Positions 18,237-27,288 of a stretch of 64,000 bases of DNA are shown in pieces; the first letter of the stretch is position 1; each line of letters starts with the position of its first letter. The position numbers were made by a program, and so were the translations under genes. The DNA is from an uncultured Bacteroidales bacterium (GTDB taxonomy: Bacteria > Bacteroidota > Bacteroidia > Bacteroidales > UBA11471): NCBI GenBank assembly GCA_947593515.1, contig CANQDQ010000003.1, forward strand, positions 22,497 to 86,496. Direction: 5' to 3'. Under the pieces are notes generated by a model that was not told where the DNA came from, ran no database searches, and saw only the letters and a program-made list of their open reading frames with translations.

Positions 18237-21092
18237 TTGAAAAACGGAATCATTCATATAATCGCTGCAATACTGCTTCTTGCTTTCGGAAGCGCTACGC
18301 TTTCATCGGCTCCGGCAAATGTCGGGACGGGTGCGATGCGCGCCGAAATGGCGGCATGGCAGGCGTTTCTGCGACAGCATTATGCGTCTGCCGATACCAC
18401 GGCAGCGGGTGCCGATTCCGTCGCCGTCGATACGACGCTTGCCCTCCATACCGCAGTGAGGGATTCGCTTCTGCCGGCGACCGATAGTGTACAAGCCGCA
18501 GAAGCCGTACTGTCAACCGACACCGCAACGGCGGCAGCCGACTCTGCCGCCGCTCCCCGCAAAGAGGCATTCGACGATGTTATCAAATATCATGCGTCGG
18601 ACTCGGCACTGTTCACCAATAACAATAACGGATTTCTCTACGGCGATGGCGTGGTAACGTATCAGGAAATGGAACTTACCGCCGACGAAATGCATATGGA
18701 CATGGACAGCAGCCAGATATTCGCCGTCGGACGCCCCGATTCGGTGGGCGACATCGTGGGAAAACCGGTATTCAAAGACCCGAGCGGCGAATACGAAACT
18801 TCGACGATGAAATATAATTTCAAAAGCCAAAAGGCGTTCATCACCAATGTGGTAACGCAACAGGGCGAAGGCTATCTCACCGGAGGACAGACGAAGAAAA
18901 ATGCCGACGACTCCTATTATCTCAAAAACGGACGCTACACGACGTGCGACGAGCACGACCACCCGCACTTCTATCTGCAACTGACCAAAGCGAAGATGCG
19001 CCCGAACAAAGATGTGGTTACGGGTCCTGCCTACATGGTGCTGGGCGGAGTGCCGCTGCCGCTGGTGATACCTTTCGGATACTTCCCGTTCACCGAAAAA
19101 TACAGTTCGGGTATCATCATGCCGACATTCGGCGACGAAATGGCGCGCGGCTTTTACCTGCGCGACGGCGGTTACTACTTTGCCATCAGCGACTACATAG
19201 ACCTCGCTCTCACGGGCGAAATCTACACGAAAGGGTCGTGGGGCGTGAATGCGCGGTCGTCATACGCCAAACGCTACAAATTTTCGGGAAATTTCTTTCT
19301 CAGCTACCTCGTAACGGTATTGGGCGACAAGGGTATGCCCGACTACTCCAAGCAGACCAACTTCAAACTGACGTGGAGCCACACGCAAGACCGCAAAGCC
19401 AATCCCAATCTGAATTTTTCGGCGAGCGTGAATTTCTCGACCAGCGGTTACAGCCATAACAACCTGACCAACTACGGCAACTCCACCGCCTTCACGCAGA
19501 ACACGACGAGTTCGACCGTGAGCCTGTCGTACACGATTCCGCGCTCGATTTTCAGTTTTGCACTTACTGCCAACGTTACCCAACGCAACTCCGACTCCAC
19601 CCTGAACGTATCGTTCCCCAACCTCACCATCAACATGAGCCGTGTCTATCCGTTCAAACGGAAAAACCGCGCAGGCAAGGAAAAATGGTACGAGAAAATA
19701 AGCCTCAGCTACACGGGCAACCTCAAAAATTCCATACAGACAAAACAGAGCGACTTTCTCAAAGCCAACCTCATACGCGACTGGAGTAACGGTATGCAGC
19801 ACAACATTCCGGTATCGGCTACATTCAGCGTATTCAAATACATCAACATCACACCCTCGTTCAACTTCACCGACCGCATGTACACGCACCGCATCATGCA
19901 GGAGTGGGACCCGCGCAGCGCAGCAGTGGTGCGCGACACCACCTACGGATTTTACAATGTATATAACTACCGTTTCAGCGTGAGTGCGCAGACGAAACTT
20001 TACGGATATTACCGTCCGCTGCCGTTCATCGGGAAAAAAATTCCCATGATACGCCACGTACTCACGCCCTCTATCAGCTTCAACGGGGCGCCCGATTTCG
20101 GGAGCAAGCGTTTCGGATACTGGCAGCGCTATATGCGCATCGCCGACGGCGTGCCCACCGTCGTGTACTATTCGCCGTTCAGCGACGGCGGCTACGGCGT
20201 GCCCGGGCGAGGCAAAACGGGAAGTCTGTCGCTATCGCTCTCCAACAACCTCGAAATGAAAGTGAATACCGACAAAGACTCGACGGGCGTGCGGAAAATC
20301 AGCCTTATCGAAAACCTGTCGTTGAGCATGGGCTACAACTTCGCAGCCGACTCCATGAATTGGAGTAACCTCAACGCCTCGATACTTATCAAACTCACCA
20401 AGCAATTCAACCTGCAACTGAGCGCGGTATTCGACCCCTACACCTACCAACTCAACGCCAACGGCAGCCCCGTGCGGGTGAACGTGCCGCGCTGGAAGGC
20501 AGGCAAAGGATTCGCCCGACTGTCGAGCACGGGTACGTCGTTTTCGTACACATTCAACAACAATACGTTCAAACGCAAGAACAAACAATCATCGAAAACA
20601 CCCGAACCCAAACCCGAAGAAAACATCGACGACGGCGTGCTGTCGAATGCCGAACAGATAGGCGACACAGAAGAAAGTTCGAGCAAAAAAGAGCCCCTGC
20701 AAATGCGCGACGGTTATATGGTTTGGAACATTCCGTGGAGCCTGTCGGTAAACTACTCCATCAGTTACAGCTACGATTACAGCAAATTCGACAAAGAGAA
20801 AATGGAGTACAAGGGACGCTTCACCCAGAACCTCAGTATTTCGGGCAACATACAGCCGACGAAAAACTGGTCGTTCAACTTCTCGGCAAGCTACGATTTC
20901 AATACCCACCGCCTCGCCTACATGAATTGCAACATCTCGCGCGACCTGCACTGCTGGACGATGAGCGCCAGTTTCATACCCGTCGGTCCCTACAAATCGT
21001 ACAATTTCAGTATCCGTGTAAAATCGTCGATGCTCAGCGACCTGAAATACGACAAAAGCGGCAACTCCTACAACCACCTCGAGTGGTACTGA
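18237..21092 (+). CDS. LptD/OstA-like LPS-assembly outer-membrane protein (Bacteroidota type)
   Basis: 951 aa. The start codon in the track is TTG, so the start is uncertain. It has a signal peptide and an OstA-like segment '...MKYNFKSQKAFITNVVTQQGEGYL...GRYTTCDEHDHPHFYLQLTKAKM'. Confidence 0.7.
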   Translation: MKNGIIHIIAAILLLAFGSATLSSAPANVGTGAMRAEMAAWQAFLRQHYASADTTAAGADSVAVDTTLALHTAVRDSLLPATDSVQAAEAVLSTDTATAAADSAAAPRKEAFDDVIKYHASDSALFTNNNNGFLYGDGVVTYQEMELTADEMHMDMDSSQIFAVGRPDSVGDIVGKPVFKDPSGEYETSTMKYNFKSQKAFITNVVTQQGEGYLTGGQTKKNADDSYYLKNGRYTTCDEHDHPHFYLQLTKAKMRPNKDVVTGPAYMVLGGVPLPLVIPFGYFPFTEKYSSGIIMPTFGDEMARGFYLRDGGYYFAISDYIDLALTGEIYTKGSWGVNARSSYAKRYKFSGNFFLSYLVTVLGDKGMPDYSKQTNFKLTWSHTQDRKANPNLNFSASVNFSTSGYSHNNLTNYGNSTAFTQNTTSSTVSLSYTIPRSIFSFALTANVTQRNSDSTLNVSFPNLTINMSRVYPFKRKNRAGKEKWYEKISLSYTGNLKNSIQTKQSDFLKANLIRDWSNGMQHNIPVSATFSVFKYINITPSFNFTDRMYTHRIMQEWDPRSAAVVRDTTYGFYNVYNYRFSVSAQTKLYGYYRPLPFIGKKIPMIRHVLTPSISFNGAPDFGSKRFGYWQRYMRIADGVPTVVYYSPFSDGGYGVPGRGKTGSLSLSLSNNLEMKVNTDKDSTGVRKISLIENLSLSMGYNFAADSMNWSNLNASILIKLTKQFNLQLSAVFDPYTYQLNANGSPVRVNVPRWKAGKGFARLSSTGTSFSYTFNNNTFKRKNKQSSKTPEPKPEENIDDGVLSNAEQIGDTEESSSKKEPLQMRDGYMVWNIPWSLSVNYSISYSYDYSKFDKEKMEYKGRFTQNLSISGNIQPTKNWSFNFSASYDFNTHRLAYMNCNISRDLHCWTMSASFIPVGPYKSYNFSIRVKSSMLSDLKYDKSGNSYNHLEWY

Positions 21093-21154
21093 TACCCCCC
21101 CCTATTCGTTCGGCAGGAAAATCGTTATAATGACTTTTTTTCGCGAAAAATTTT

Positions 21155-21162
21155 TAACTTTG
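21155..21162 (+). promoter_or_regulatory. -7 box TAacTTTG upstream of the helicase-nuclease gene
   Basis: Exact TAnnTTTG match about 104 nt upstream of the ATG at 21266. Confidence 0.35.
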
Positions 21163-21265
21163 CATGAATAAACGCGATACAAAATTTTATAGCTGGCGAA
21201 ATGAAATTCTCCACAACAGAGTATGCCATTGAGTAACACAAAATAGAAGAACTATTTCTTGTTTT

Positions 21266-24200
21266 ATGGGACGGGAACTGAATAAAAGGATTGATATTTG
21301 GAAAAAACTTTTGCTAGACTTTGGCAAAAGGAATCGCCTTATTAATTTTAAGGAGGGGAAACGCTCCAATGTGTGCATCACTGCGCCATCGTATGACAAG
21401 TTGTTTGACCTTATCGCTGTACGCGAGAAGGATATCCGCTTCCCATATGCAAGGAAAACTCGTATAGATGATGAGGGCGAGGAGATGTACGATGAAATAA
21501 TAAAAGGTGATGTTGAAACTTCTAAACCGGTTGGCGAGCTGCAAAAAACATTGAAAGTTCTCCGGTATAGAGCGAACACCTCCATCGAAGAGCAAGGCAT
21601 CAATATTTTGTTTCTCGCATTCGGTTTGTTGAAGTGGTCTGAACGGGAGGATTCCGAACAAACATTGTCTTCACCTATCGTACTCGTTCCTGTAAAACTT
21701 ACTATCGAATCGCTAACATCGCCATATAAATTAGAACCGCACGAGGACGAGATTGTTGTAAACCCAACGCTGCGGCACAAACTGGACAATGATTTTGGAA
21801 TCAAACTGCCGGAGTTTGACGAATCACAAGATGATATTACCGATTATCTCGATAAGACAGAGCAAATAATCAGCAAAAAAGGTTGGAAGATTGAACGTTG
21901 TATTCATCTAACCAATCTTTCATTTCTGAAAATCAATATGTATAAGGATTTGGAGCGCAACGAAGAGAAGTTGAACTCCAATCCTATCATTACTGCGATA
22001 GCAGGTGAACACGAACCGATACAGGGATTCGAGGGACTCGATGGATTTGATCACGACAAGAATGTCAGACCCATCGACACATTTCAAGTTGTGGATGCTG
22101 ATTCAAGCCAGCAAGATGCTATACTACTGTCAAAGCGAGGCGTAAGTTTTGTGTTGCAAGGTCCTCCGGGAACGGGCAAGAGCCAAACCATTACCAACAT
22201 TATCTCAGAAGCTATCGCCGACGGTAAAAAAGTGTTGTTCGTCTCAGAAAAGATGGCTGCCCTGCAAGTCGTATATAACCGGTTGGTCAGTGTGGGGCTT
22301 GGTGATTTTTGCTTTACGCTTCACAGCCACAAAGCAAATAAAAAGGAGATACTACGCGAACTGGCTCATTCCATTTCGATAGATAGGAAAAAAGTTACCG
22401 ATGAGGCTCTGACCCAACTGCATAATCTTGAACGGAAACGGGCAAACCTTAATGAGTATCAACAGGAACTGCACACTCCTTGCTCCGGATTGAACAAGAC
22501 GATATTCGAGATAAACGGACGACTTGCCAAACTATCGGATATTCCAGAAGTAATATTTGGGATTGAAAATATCGATAAGGTTACGACTCAAGAACTTGAC
22601 GACCGCCTTTATCTTCTGCGGGAACTATCGAAGACTATCGGCAAGCGTAATGAGGACTATGCGGATAATGTCTGGCGAAATTCTACTATTAAATTTCTGT
22701 CGAATGAGCTGCGCCACGATATTGATTCCAACATATCGATATTGCTGCCATTGCTGTCAGAGGCAGAACAATGTCTGAAATCCAGTTGCGATATATTGGA
22801 TATTTTTATAGCCCCGACCGTGTATGGCTTGGAATCAATCGTAAAGATAATGGAGTTGGCTAAAGATGCGCCGAATATCCCGACAAACTGGTTGATAAAT
22901 ACAAATATATTGTCCGATATTGAACGAGATTTTAGCGCATGCAGGATTAAACATGAAGAAATCATATCAGACAACAAAGATATTCTGCAAATATTTGACA
23001 AAGAGATATTCACATTAGATTTCTATCCAATTCTGCATCGATACAGAAACAAGTATCAGTCTTGTTTCAGGGTGCTTAGATGGAGATATTGGGCAGATAA
23101 ACGAGCCATTAAACAATACCTATCCAACGACGCACAATTATCTTATGATGATACTTTACGTCTGTTGAATTTGCTGAAAACGGTAAAGGAGAAAACATCC
23201 GAAATAGAGAGTGAGAAAGCTCAATATATATCAAAATACGATACTTATTACAAAGGGGTTGAAACAAATTGGAATGAATTGGAGAATGCGTTGCATTTTG
23301 CAAAAAGATTACATAACGTAAAAGAGTCGTACAAACTCACAGATGCGTTTACACAACAAATTTGTTCTGAACAAATTGTCAAATCGTATTGTCAAGATAA
23401 CGTTGAAAAATATTCATCGATTTTAGAGTCCATCGATAAACCATTGCAATGGTTCTCGTCTTTGTTTGACGGTACTGAATCATTCCGTACATATTCATTT
23501 ACCAAACTTGCGGACAGACTGACGGCTTGCAAAGACAAAAAATATCTTCTCGAAGAGTGGGTGGACTATTGCGCTAACAAGCAGAAATGCGAGAACGTGG
23601 GATTATTGCCATATATCGTCGAATTTGAGACTAAAGCCGTTAATCCTGAGTATCTTGTCGATGCTTATCTGAAACGCTTTTACCGTTTGTGGCTCGATGC
23701 GATGTTGCCGCAGTTTCCTGCTGTGCTGAATTTCAGAGGTAGAATACATGAACAGACCATCAATGAGTTCCGCCAATTGGACAAAGATCAGTTCAAAATT
23801 GCACAAGCACGAGTGCGTGAACGAGTTGTTAGCAGAATTCCAGACTTCAACGCAGTAACTTCGACACGCGACGAAATAGGAATATTGAAACGGGAACTGA
23901 ACAAACAGCGACGCTTAATGCCTCTGCGCAAGTTGTTTATGGCAATTCCCAACCTCATCACATCACTCCGCCCCTGTTTTATGATGTCGCCGCTTTCGGT
24001 GAGTGTCTTCCTTGAAGCGCAGAGTTATGATTTCGATTTGGTAATCTTTGATGAAGCATCACAGGTACATACCGAAGATGCTATCGGAGCAATTATGCGT
24101 GGAAAGCAGGTTATCATTGTTGGTGATACGCAGCAACTGCCGCCCACCAATTTCTTCGCATCTTCGCTCAACGACGAAGATTTTGACAGTGAAGAAGATG

Positions 24201-25909
24201 ATGACTCAAAGAGTAATGATGCCGGAGCATATGATTCCATACTTGAAGAAGCTGTAACGGTATTGCCGGAGCGTAGTCTGCGCTGGCATTACAGAAGTCG
24301 CCATGAACATTTGATAGCATTCTCGAATATCAAGATATATAAGGGTTCTCTTATCACATTCCCTGCTTCGATAGAGAAAGCTCCAGATTATGGTGTGGAA
24401 TATATCTATGTATCTGACGGTGTGTATGACAGAAGCGGCAAACGTAACAATGTAATTGAGGCGCGAAAGGTCGCAGACTTGGTATTTGAGCATTTCCGCA
24501 AATATCCGAACCGATCTTTGGGCGTTGTTACATTCAGCGAGGCACAGCAAAACGCGGTAGATGCAGCCATCAGACAAAAACGCTATCAAAATGCAGCATT
24601 TGAGCGTTACTTTGTTGAAGATAAGGACGAACCATTCTTTATCAAAAATTTGGAGAATGTGCAGGGCGATGAACGCGACACGATTATATTCAGCATCGGA
24701 TATGCCAAAGACGCACACGGAATAATGTATATGAATTTTGGTCCGTTGAGTCGAGACGGAGGATATCGACGATTGAATGTAGCTATTACACGTGCAAAAT
24801 ACAATGTCAAACTTGTTGGTTCTATCGTGCCGACAGATATAGATGTTGACAAGACTTCGTCAGAAGGGGTTAGAATGTTACGTTCATATATCGAGTTTGC
24901 GCAGAATGGTATAACTGCTCTTGAAAAAGAGCTTACTTTCAGTAACGAGATAACTTTTGATTCTCCGTTTGAGGAGTCTGTCTATGATTTCTTGCAGACC
25001 AAAGGATATAATGTCGTTACACAGGTAGGTTGTTCGGGTTTCAGAATTGATATGGCAATCAAACATCCGGTGCAGAGCGGTTGCTTTGTCATTGGTATCG
25101 AGTGCGACGGTGCTACATATCATAGTTCCAGAACTGCGCGAGAGCGAGATCGACTGCGTCAGACTGTTTTGGAAGATATGGGTTGGACTATCTATCGAAT
25201 ATGGTCGACAGACTGGATTAAAGATCAACGAACAGAAGAGCAGAAATTGGTAGCCGCTGTCGAAAGGGCATTGGGGCTTGCTACCGAAATAAATATACCT
25301 GACGAAGATGCGGAAATTGTAGAAACACCATCAGAAGATATTATCATAGAAGAACCGGTTGAAATCCTTGCCGAGACGCAAAATGGATATGGTTTTATTG
25401 AGTATCAACAGGCTAATATCTATGATTACTATTCCAAGTTGAGTGCAGAGGATATTATCAAGAAGGTCATTGAGATAGAGCAACCGATTCATTTTGAGGA
25501 GTTATGCCGCAGAGTTGCGCCGTTATATGGCAACTATAAAGCGACTTCAAAAATTCGCAATGAAGTACAACTGGCATTCAAATATCATCTAACGGATGCG
25601 ATAAAACAAGAGAATGATTTTATTACACTTGCGGACTTTAATAATTTACAAGTCCGTATTCCGAGCAGTACCGACGATTATATTCGCCCCATTGTCAATA
25701 TCAGTGATGACGAACTGGCTTTGGCAATGTCTACCATTGTAGAACATTGTTTTGGAATAGCTCCAGAAGACTTGTTTAGAGAGACTGCCCGTGTGTTTGG
25801 GTTCAAACGCACCGGAGAAAATATTGTATCTTCTCTGCGACGAGTGTACAACGATATGCTAACAAACTGTCAGGTCAGGGAGGTTGACGGGAAAGTAAGT
25901 AAAATGTAG
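21266..25909 (+). CDS. DUF4011-like / SF1 (Upf1-type AAA_11+AAA_12) helicase / Vsr-DUF559-type PD-(D/E)xK nuclease / DUF3320-like fusion protein (Hhe-like)
   Basis: 1547 aa. Walker A 'LQGPPGTGKSQTI' (about 22160-22183). Walker B 'LVIFDEASQ' (about 24041-24064). 'GDTQQLPPT', 'VQGDERD', 'NVAITRAK'. Nuclease block 'GFRIDMAIKHP...IGIECDGATYHSSRTARERDRLRQTVLEDMGWTIYRIWSTDW' (about 25030-25225). Confidence 0.85.
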   Translation: MGRELNKRIDIWKKLLLDFGKRNRLINFKEGKRSNVCITAPSYDKLFDLIAVREKDIRFPYARKTRIDDEGEEMYDEIIKGDVETSKPVGELQKTLKVLRYRANTSIEEQGINILFLAFGLLKWSEREDSEQTLSSPIVLVPVKLTIESLTSPYKLEPHEDEIVVNPTLRHKLDNDFGIKLPEFDESQDDITDYLDKTEQIISKKGWKIERCIHLTNLSFLKINMYKDLERNEEKLNSNPIITAIAGEHEPIQGFEGLDGFDHDKNVRPIDTFQVVDADSSQQDAILLSKRGVSFVLQGPPGTGKSQTITNIISEAIADGKKVLFVSEKMAALQVVYNRLVSVGLGDFCFTLHSHKANKKEILRELAHSISIDRKKVTDEALTQLHNLERKRANLNEYQQELHTPCSGLNKTIFEINGRLAKLSDIPEVIFGIENIDKVTTQELDDRLYLLRELSKTIGKRNEDYADNVWRNSTIKFLSNELRHDIDSNISILLPLLSEAEQCLKSSCDILDIFIAPTVYGLESIVKIMELAKDAPNIPTNWLINTNILSDIERDFSACRIKHEEIISDNKDILQIFDKEIFTLDFYPILHRYRNKYQSCFRVLRWRYWADKRAIKQYLSNDAQLSYDDTLRLLNLLKTVKEKTSEIESEKAQYISKYDTYYKGVETNWNELENALHFAKRLHNVKESYKLTDAFTQQICSEQIVKSYCQDNVEKYSSILESIDKPLQWFSSLFDGTESFRTYSFTKLADRLTACKDKKYLLEEWVDYCANKQKCENVGLLPYIVEFETKAVNPEYLVDAYLKRFYRLWLDAMLPQFPAVLNFRGRIHEQTINEFRQLDKDQFKIAQARVRERVVSRIPDFNAVTSTRDEIGILKRELNKQRRLMPLRKLFMAIPNLITSLRPCFMMSPLSVSVFLEAQSYDFDLVIFDEASQVHTEDAIGAIMRGKQVIIVGDTQQLPPTNFFASSLNDEDFDSEEDDDSKSNDAGAYDSILEEAVTVLPERSLRWHYRSRHEHLIAFSNIKIYKGSLITFPASIEKAPDYGVEYIYVSDGVYDRSGKRNNVIEARKVADLVFEHFRKYPNRSLGVVTFSEAQQNAVDAAIRQKRYQNAAFERYFVEDKDEPFFIKNLENVQGDERDTIIFSIGYAKDAHGIMYMNFGPLSRDGGYRRLNVAITRAKYNVKLVGSIVPTDIDVDKTSSEGVRMLRSYIEFAQNGITALEKELTFSNEITFDSPFEESVYDFLQTKGYNVVTQVGCSGFRIDMAIKHPVQSGCFVIGIECDGATYHSSRTARERDRLRQTVLEDMGWTIYRIWSTDWIKDQRTEEQKLVAAVERALGLATEINIPDEDAEIVETPSEDIIIEEPVEILAETQNGYGFIEYQQANIYDYYSKLSAEDIIKKVIEIEQPIHFEELCRRVAPLYGNYKATSKIRNEVQLAFKYHLTDAIKQENDFITLADFNNLQVRIPSSTDDYIRPIVNISDDELALAMSTIVEHCFGIAPEDLFRETARVFGFKRTGENIVSSLRRVYNDMLTNCQVREVDGKVSKM

Positions 25910-26015
25910 ATGAATTTGATATGTAGCTATGAATCATATATATTTGAATGCTAAAATGAATACATTATGTGCGGCTTAAAAACGTCCTCATCGGCTCAAT
26001 GATTAAACTAATGAA

Positions 26016-26309
26016 ATGAAAGACGACAATAAAATAATCATCTACCAAGACGACAACGAGGTAACGCGAGTGTCTGTTCGTTTCGCCGACGAAGATTTGT
26101 GGCTTACGCAAAATCAATTGGCTGAGATATACGATACGACACAAGAGAATATATCTATGCACATCACAAGCATCTATCGCGACGGTGAATTGGCGCAAGA
26201 TCGAACTTATAAGAAATTCTTATTAGTTCGTACCGAAGGCTCTCGGCAGGTGAAACGCAATATCGACCATTACAACCTCGATATGATTATTGCTTTGGGC
26301 TATCGTGTC
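26016..26309 (+). pseudogene. rhuM: rhuM-family gene, 5' fragment only (about 98 codons)
   Basis: 'IIIYQDDNEVTRVSVRFADEDLWLTQNQLAEIYDTTQENISMHITSIYRDGEL...HYNLDMIIALGYRV' matches the RhuM N-terminus. Similarity stops after GYRV (26309). The rest of the track ORF (to 26495) is antisense to hxlR. Confidence 0.7.
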
Positions 26310-26665
26310 GGGGAGGCGGTGCGGGAATATTTTTTGCTGAAAAGCCGGGTATTCCGATTGCCCCACGCTATCATGGCATCGATAATGGGTATCAATGTAG
26401 CGCCCAACGGGGTAATGGCGTACTCGGAACGGGGCGGCAATTCGGGAAAAATGGTTTTGGACACGAGCCCGTCGTCGACCAATTCTTTGAGTTGAAGGTC
26501 GAGCACGCGGGGCGCAGCTTCGGGAAAGAGTTTGTGCAATTCGCTGGGGCGCAGCGGTTTGTAACGAAGTTCGTCCAAGATGCAGGATTTCCACTTCGAG
26601 CCGATGAGGCTCATGGTCAGGCGCAAGGGACAATCTAAATCGACAGGTATTTTTCGTTCGTACAT
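26300..26665 (-). CDS. HxlR family transcriptional regulator
   Basis: 121 aa from the ATG at 26665 (MYERK...). 'CPLRLTMSLIGSKWKSCILDEL...RPSELHKLFPEAAPRVLDLQLKELVDDGLVSKTIFPELPPRSEYAITPLG'. Confidence 0.85.
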   Translation of the reverse strand: MYERKIPVDLDCPLRLTMSLIGSKWKSCILDELRYKPLRPSELHKLFPEAAPRVLDLQLKELVDDGLVSKTIFPELPPRSEYAITPLGATLIPIIDAMIAWGNRNTRLFSKKYSRTASPTR

Positions 26666-26724
26666 CGTTTCATATATTATTACACGACAAATATAGTAAT
26701 AGTCCGCCATTTCCGGAGTATAGG

Positions 26725-26760
26725 GAAAAATTTTTCGGTACATGAAAAATTTTTCGGTAC
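26725..26760. promoter_or_regulatory. tandem 17-bp repeats GAAAAATTTTTCGGTAC x2 (candidate HxlR operator)
   Basis: Two identical units at 26725-26741 and 26744-26760. Each contains the perfect 12-bp palindrome GAAAAATTTTTC. They lie in the divergent hxlR / NTF2-like intergenic region. Confidence 0.5.
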
Positions 26761-26824
26761 TTGCCTGAATGAAAGTATCGGTATAATTTTGCTTACATAA
26801 TTTTCATCTAAAAATCGAAATCGT

Positions 26825-27208
26825 ATGAGAGCAAGTATCGAAGAGTATCGGGCAGTGGAAGCTGCCGCCATGAAGTTTGTAAAGAGTGTAGCCGAAGGCA
26901 ACAGCCGCCATGCCAAAGAGTTGTTCATCGACGAAGCGGTGCTGTTCGGGTATCTGGACGGCAAATTGGAACACGGCAGCATAGAACAGTTTTACCATAA
27001 TGTGGACAGTGTGGGCGCAGGCGACGATTTCAAAGCGCGCATCGACGTGATAGCGGTGGAAGAGACGCTCGCCGTCGTACGCGTATTGGAAGAGAAATGG
27101 GGCGGTCGCATCGACTTCACCGACTACCTTCTGCTGATGAAAATGAACGGCGAATGGAAATGTGTCGCCAAAGCGTATAACCAAAATTCCAACACCATAA
27201 TAAAATAG
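26825..27208 (+). CDS. NTF2-like (SnoaL/lumazine-binding-type) small protein
   Basis: 127 aa, divergent from hxlR. 'AKELFIDEAVLFGYLDGKL...DYLLLMKMNGEWKCVAKAY' is typical of the NTF2-fold family. Confidence 0.65.
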   Translation: MRASIEEYRAVEAAAMKFVKSVAEGNSRHAKELFIDEAVLFGYLDGKLEHGSIEQFYHNVDSVGAGDDFKARIDVIAVEETLAVVRVLEEKWGGRIDFTDYLLLMKMNGEWKCVAKAYNQNSNTIIK

Positions 27209-27288
27209 GACATCTTCAATTGCAGACATCACGCATATCGCTCCGCGCATTTCACGATTGCGGAGTTATATGCGTTTTGCATAAATAT

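Larger units (their letters stand above)
21093..26309. other. AT-rich horizontally acquired islet (helicase-nuclease gene + rhuM remnant)
   Basis: There is an abrupt, visible drop in G+C right after the lptD-like stop and a return to GC-rich sequence at about 26310. I recognised no integrase or flanking repeats. Confidence 0.6.

Noticed and set aside
21146-21165. Palindrome TTTTTCGCGAAAAA after the lptD-like gene, considered as a terminator or att site
   Set aside because: It has no loop and its stem is almost entirely A/T, so it would be an unstable hairpin. No matching copy was found at the other islet boundary.
21187-21804. 205-aa minus ORF and other short ORFs antisense to the helicase-nuclease gene (e.g. 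24206..24718, 24884..25228)
   Set aside because: They are embedded in a continuous 1547-codon frame with ordered helicase and nuclease motifs. They are low-complexity and lack start context.
26310-26495. 3' two-fifths of the 159-aa ORF 26016..26495, taken as an intact gene
   Set aside because: RhuM similarity stops at 26309. The remainder is the antisense of hxlR and has no family resemblance.
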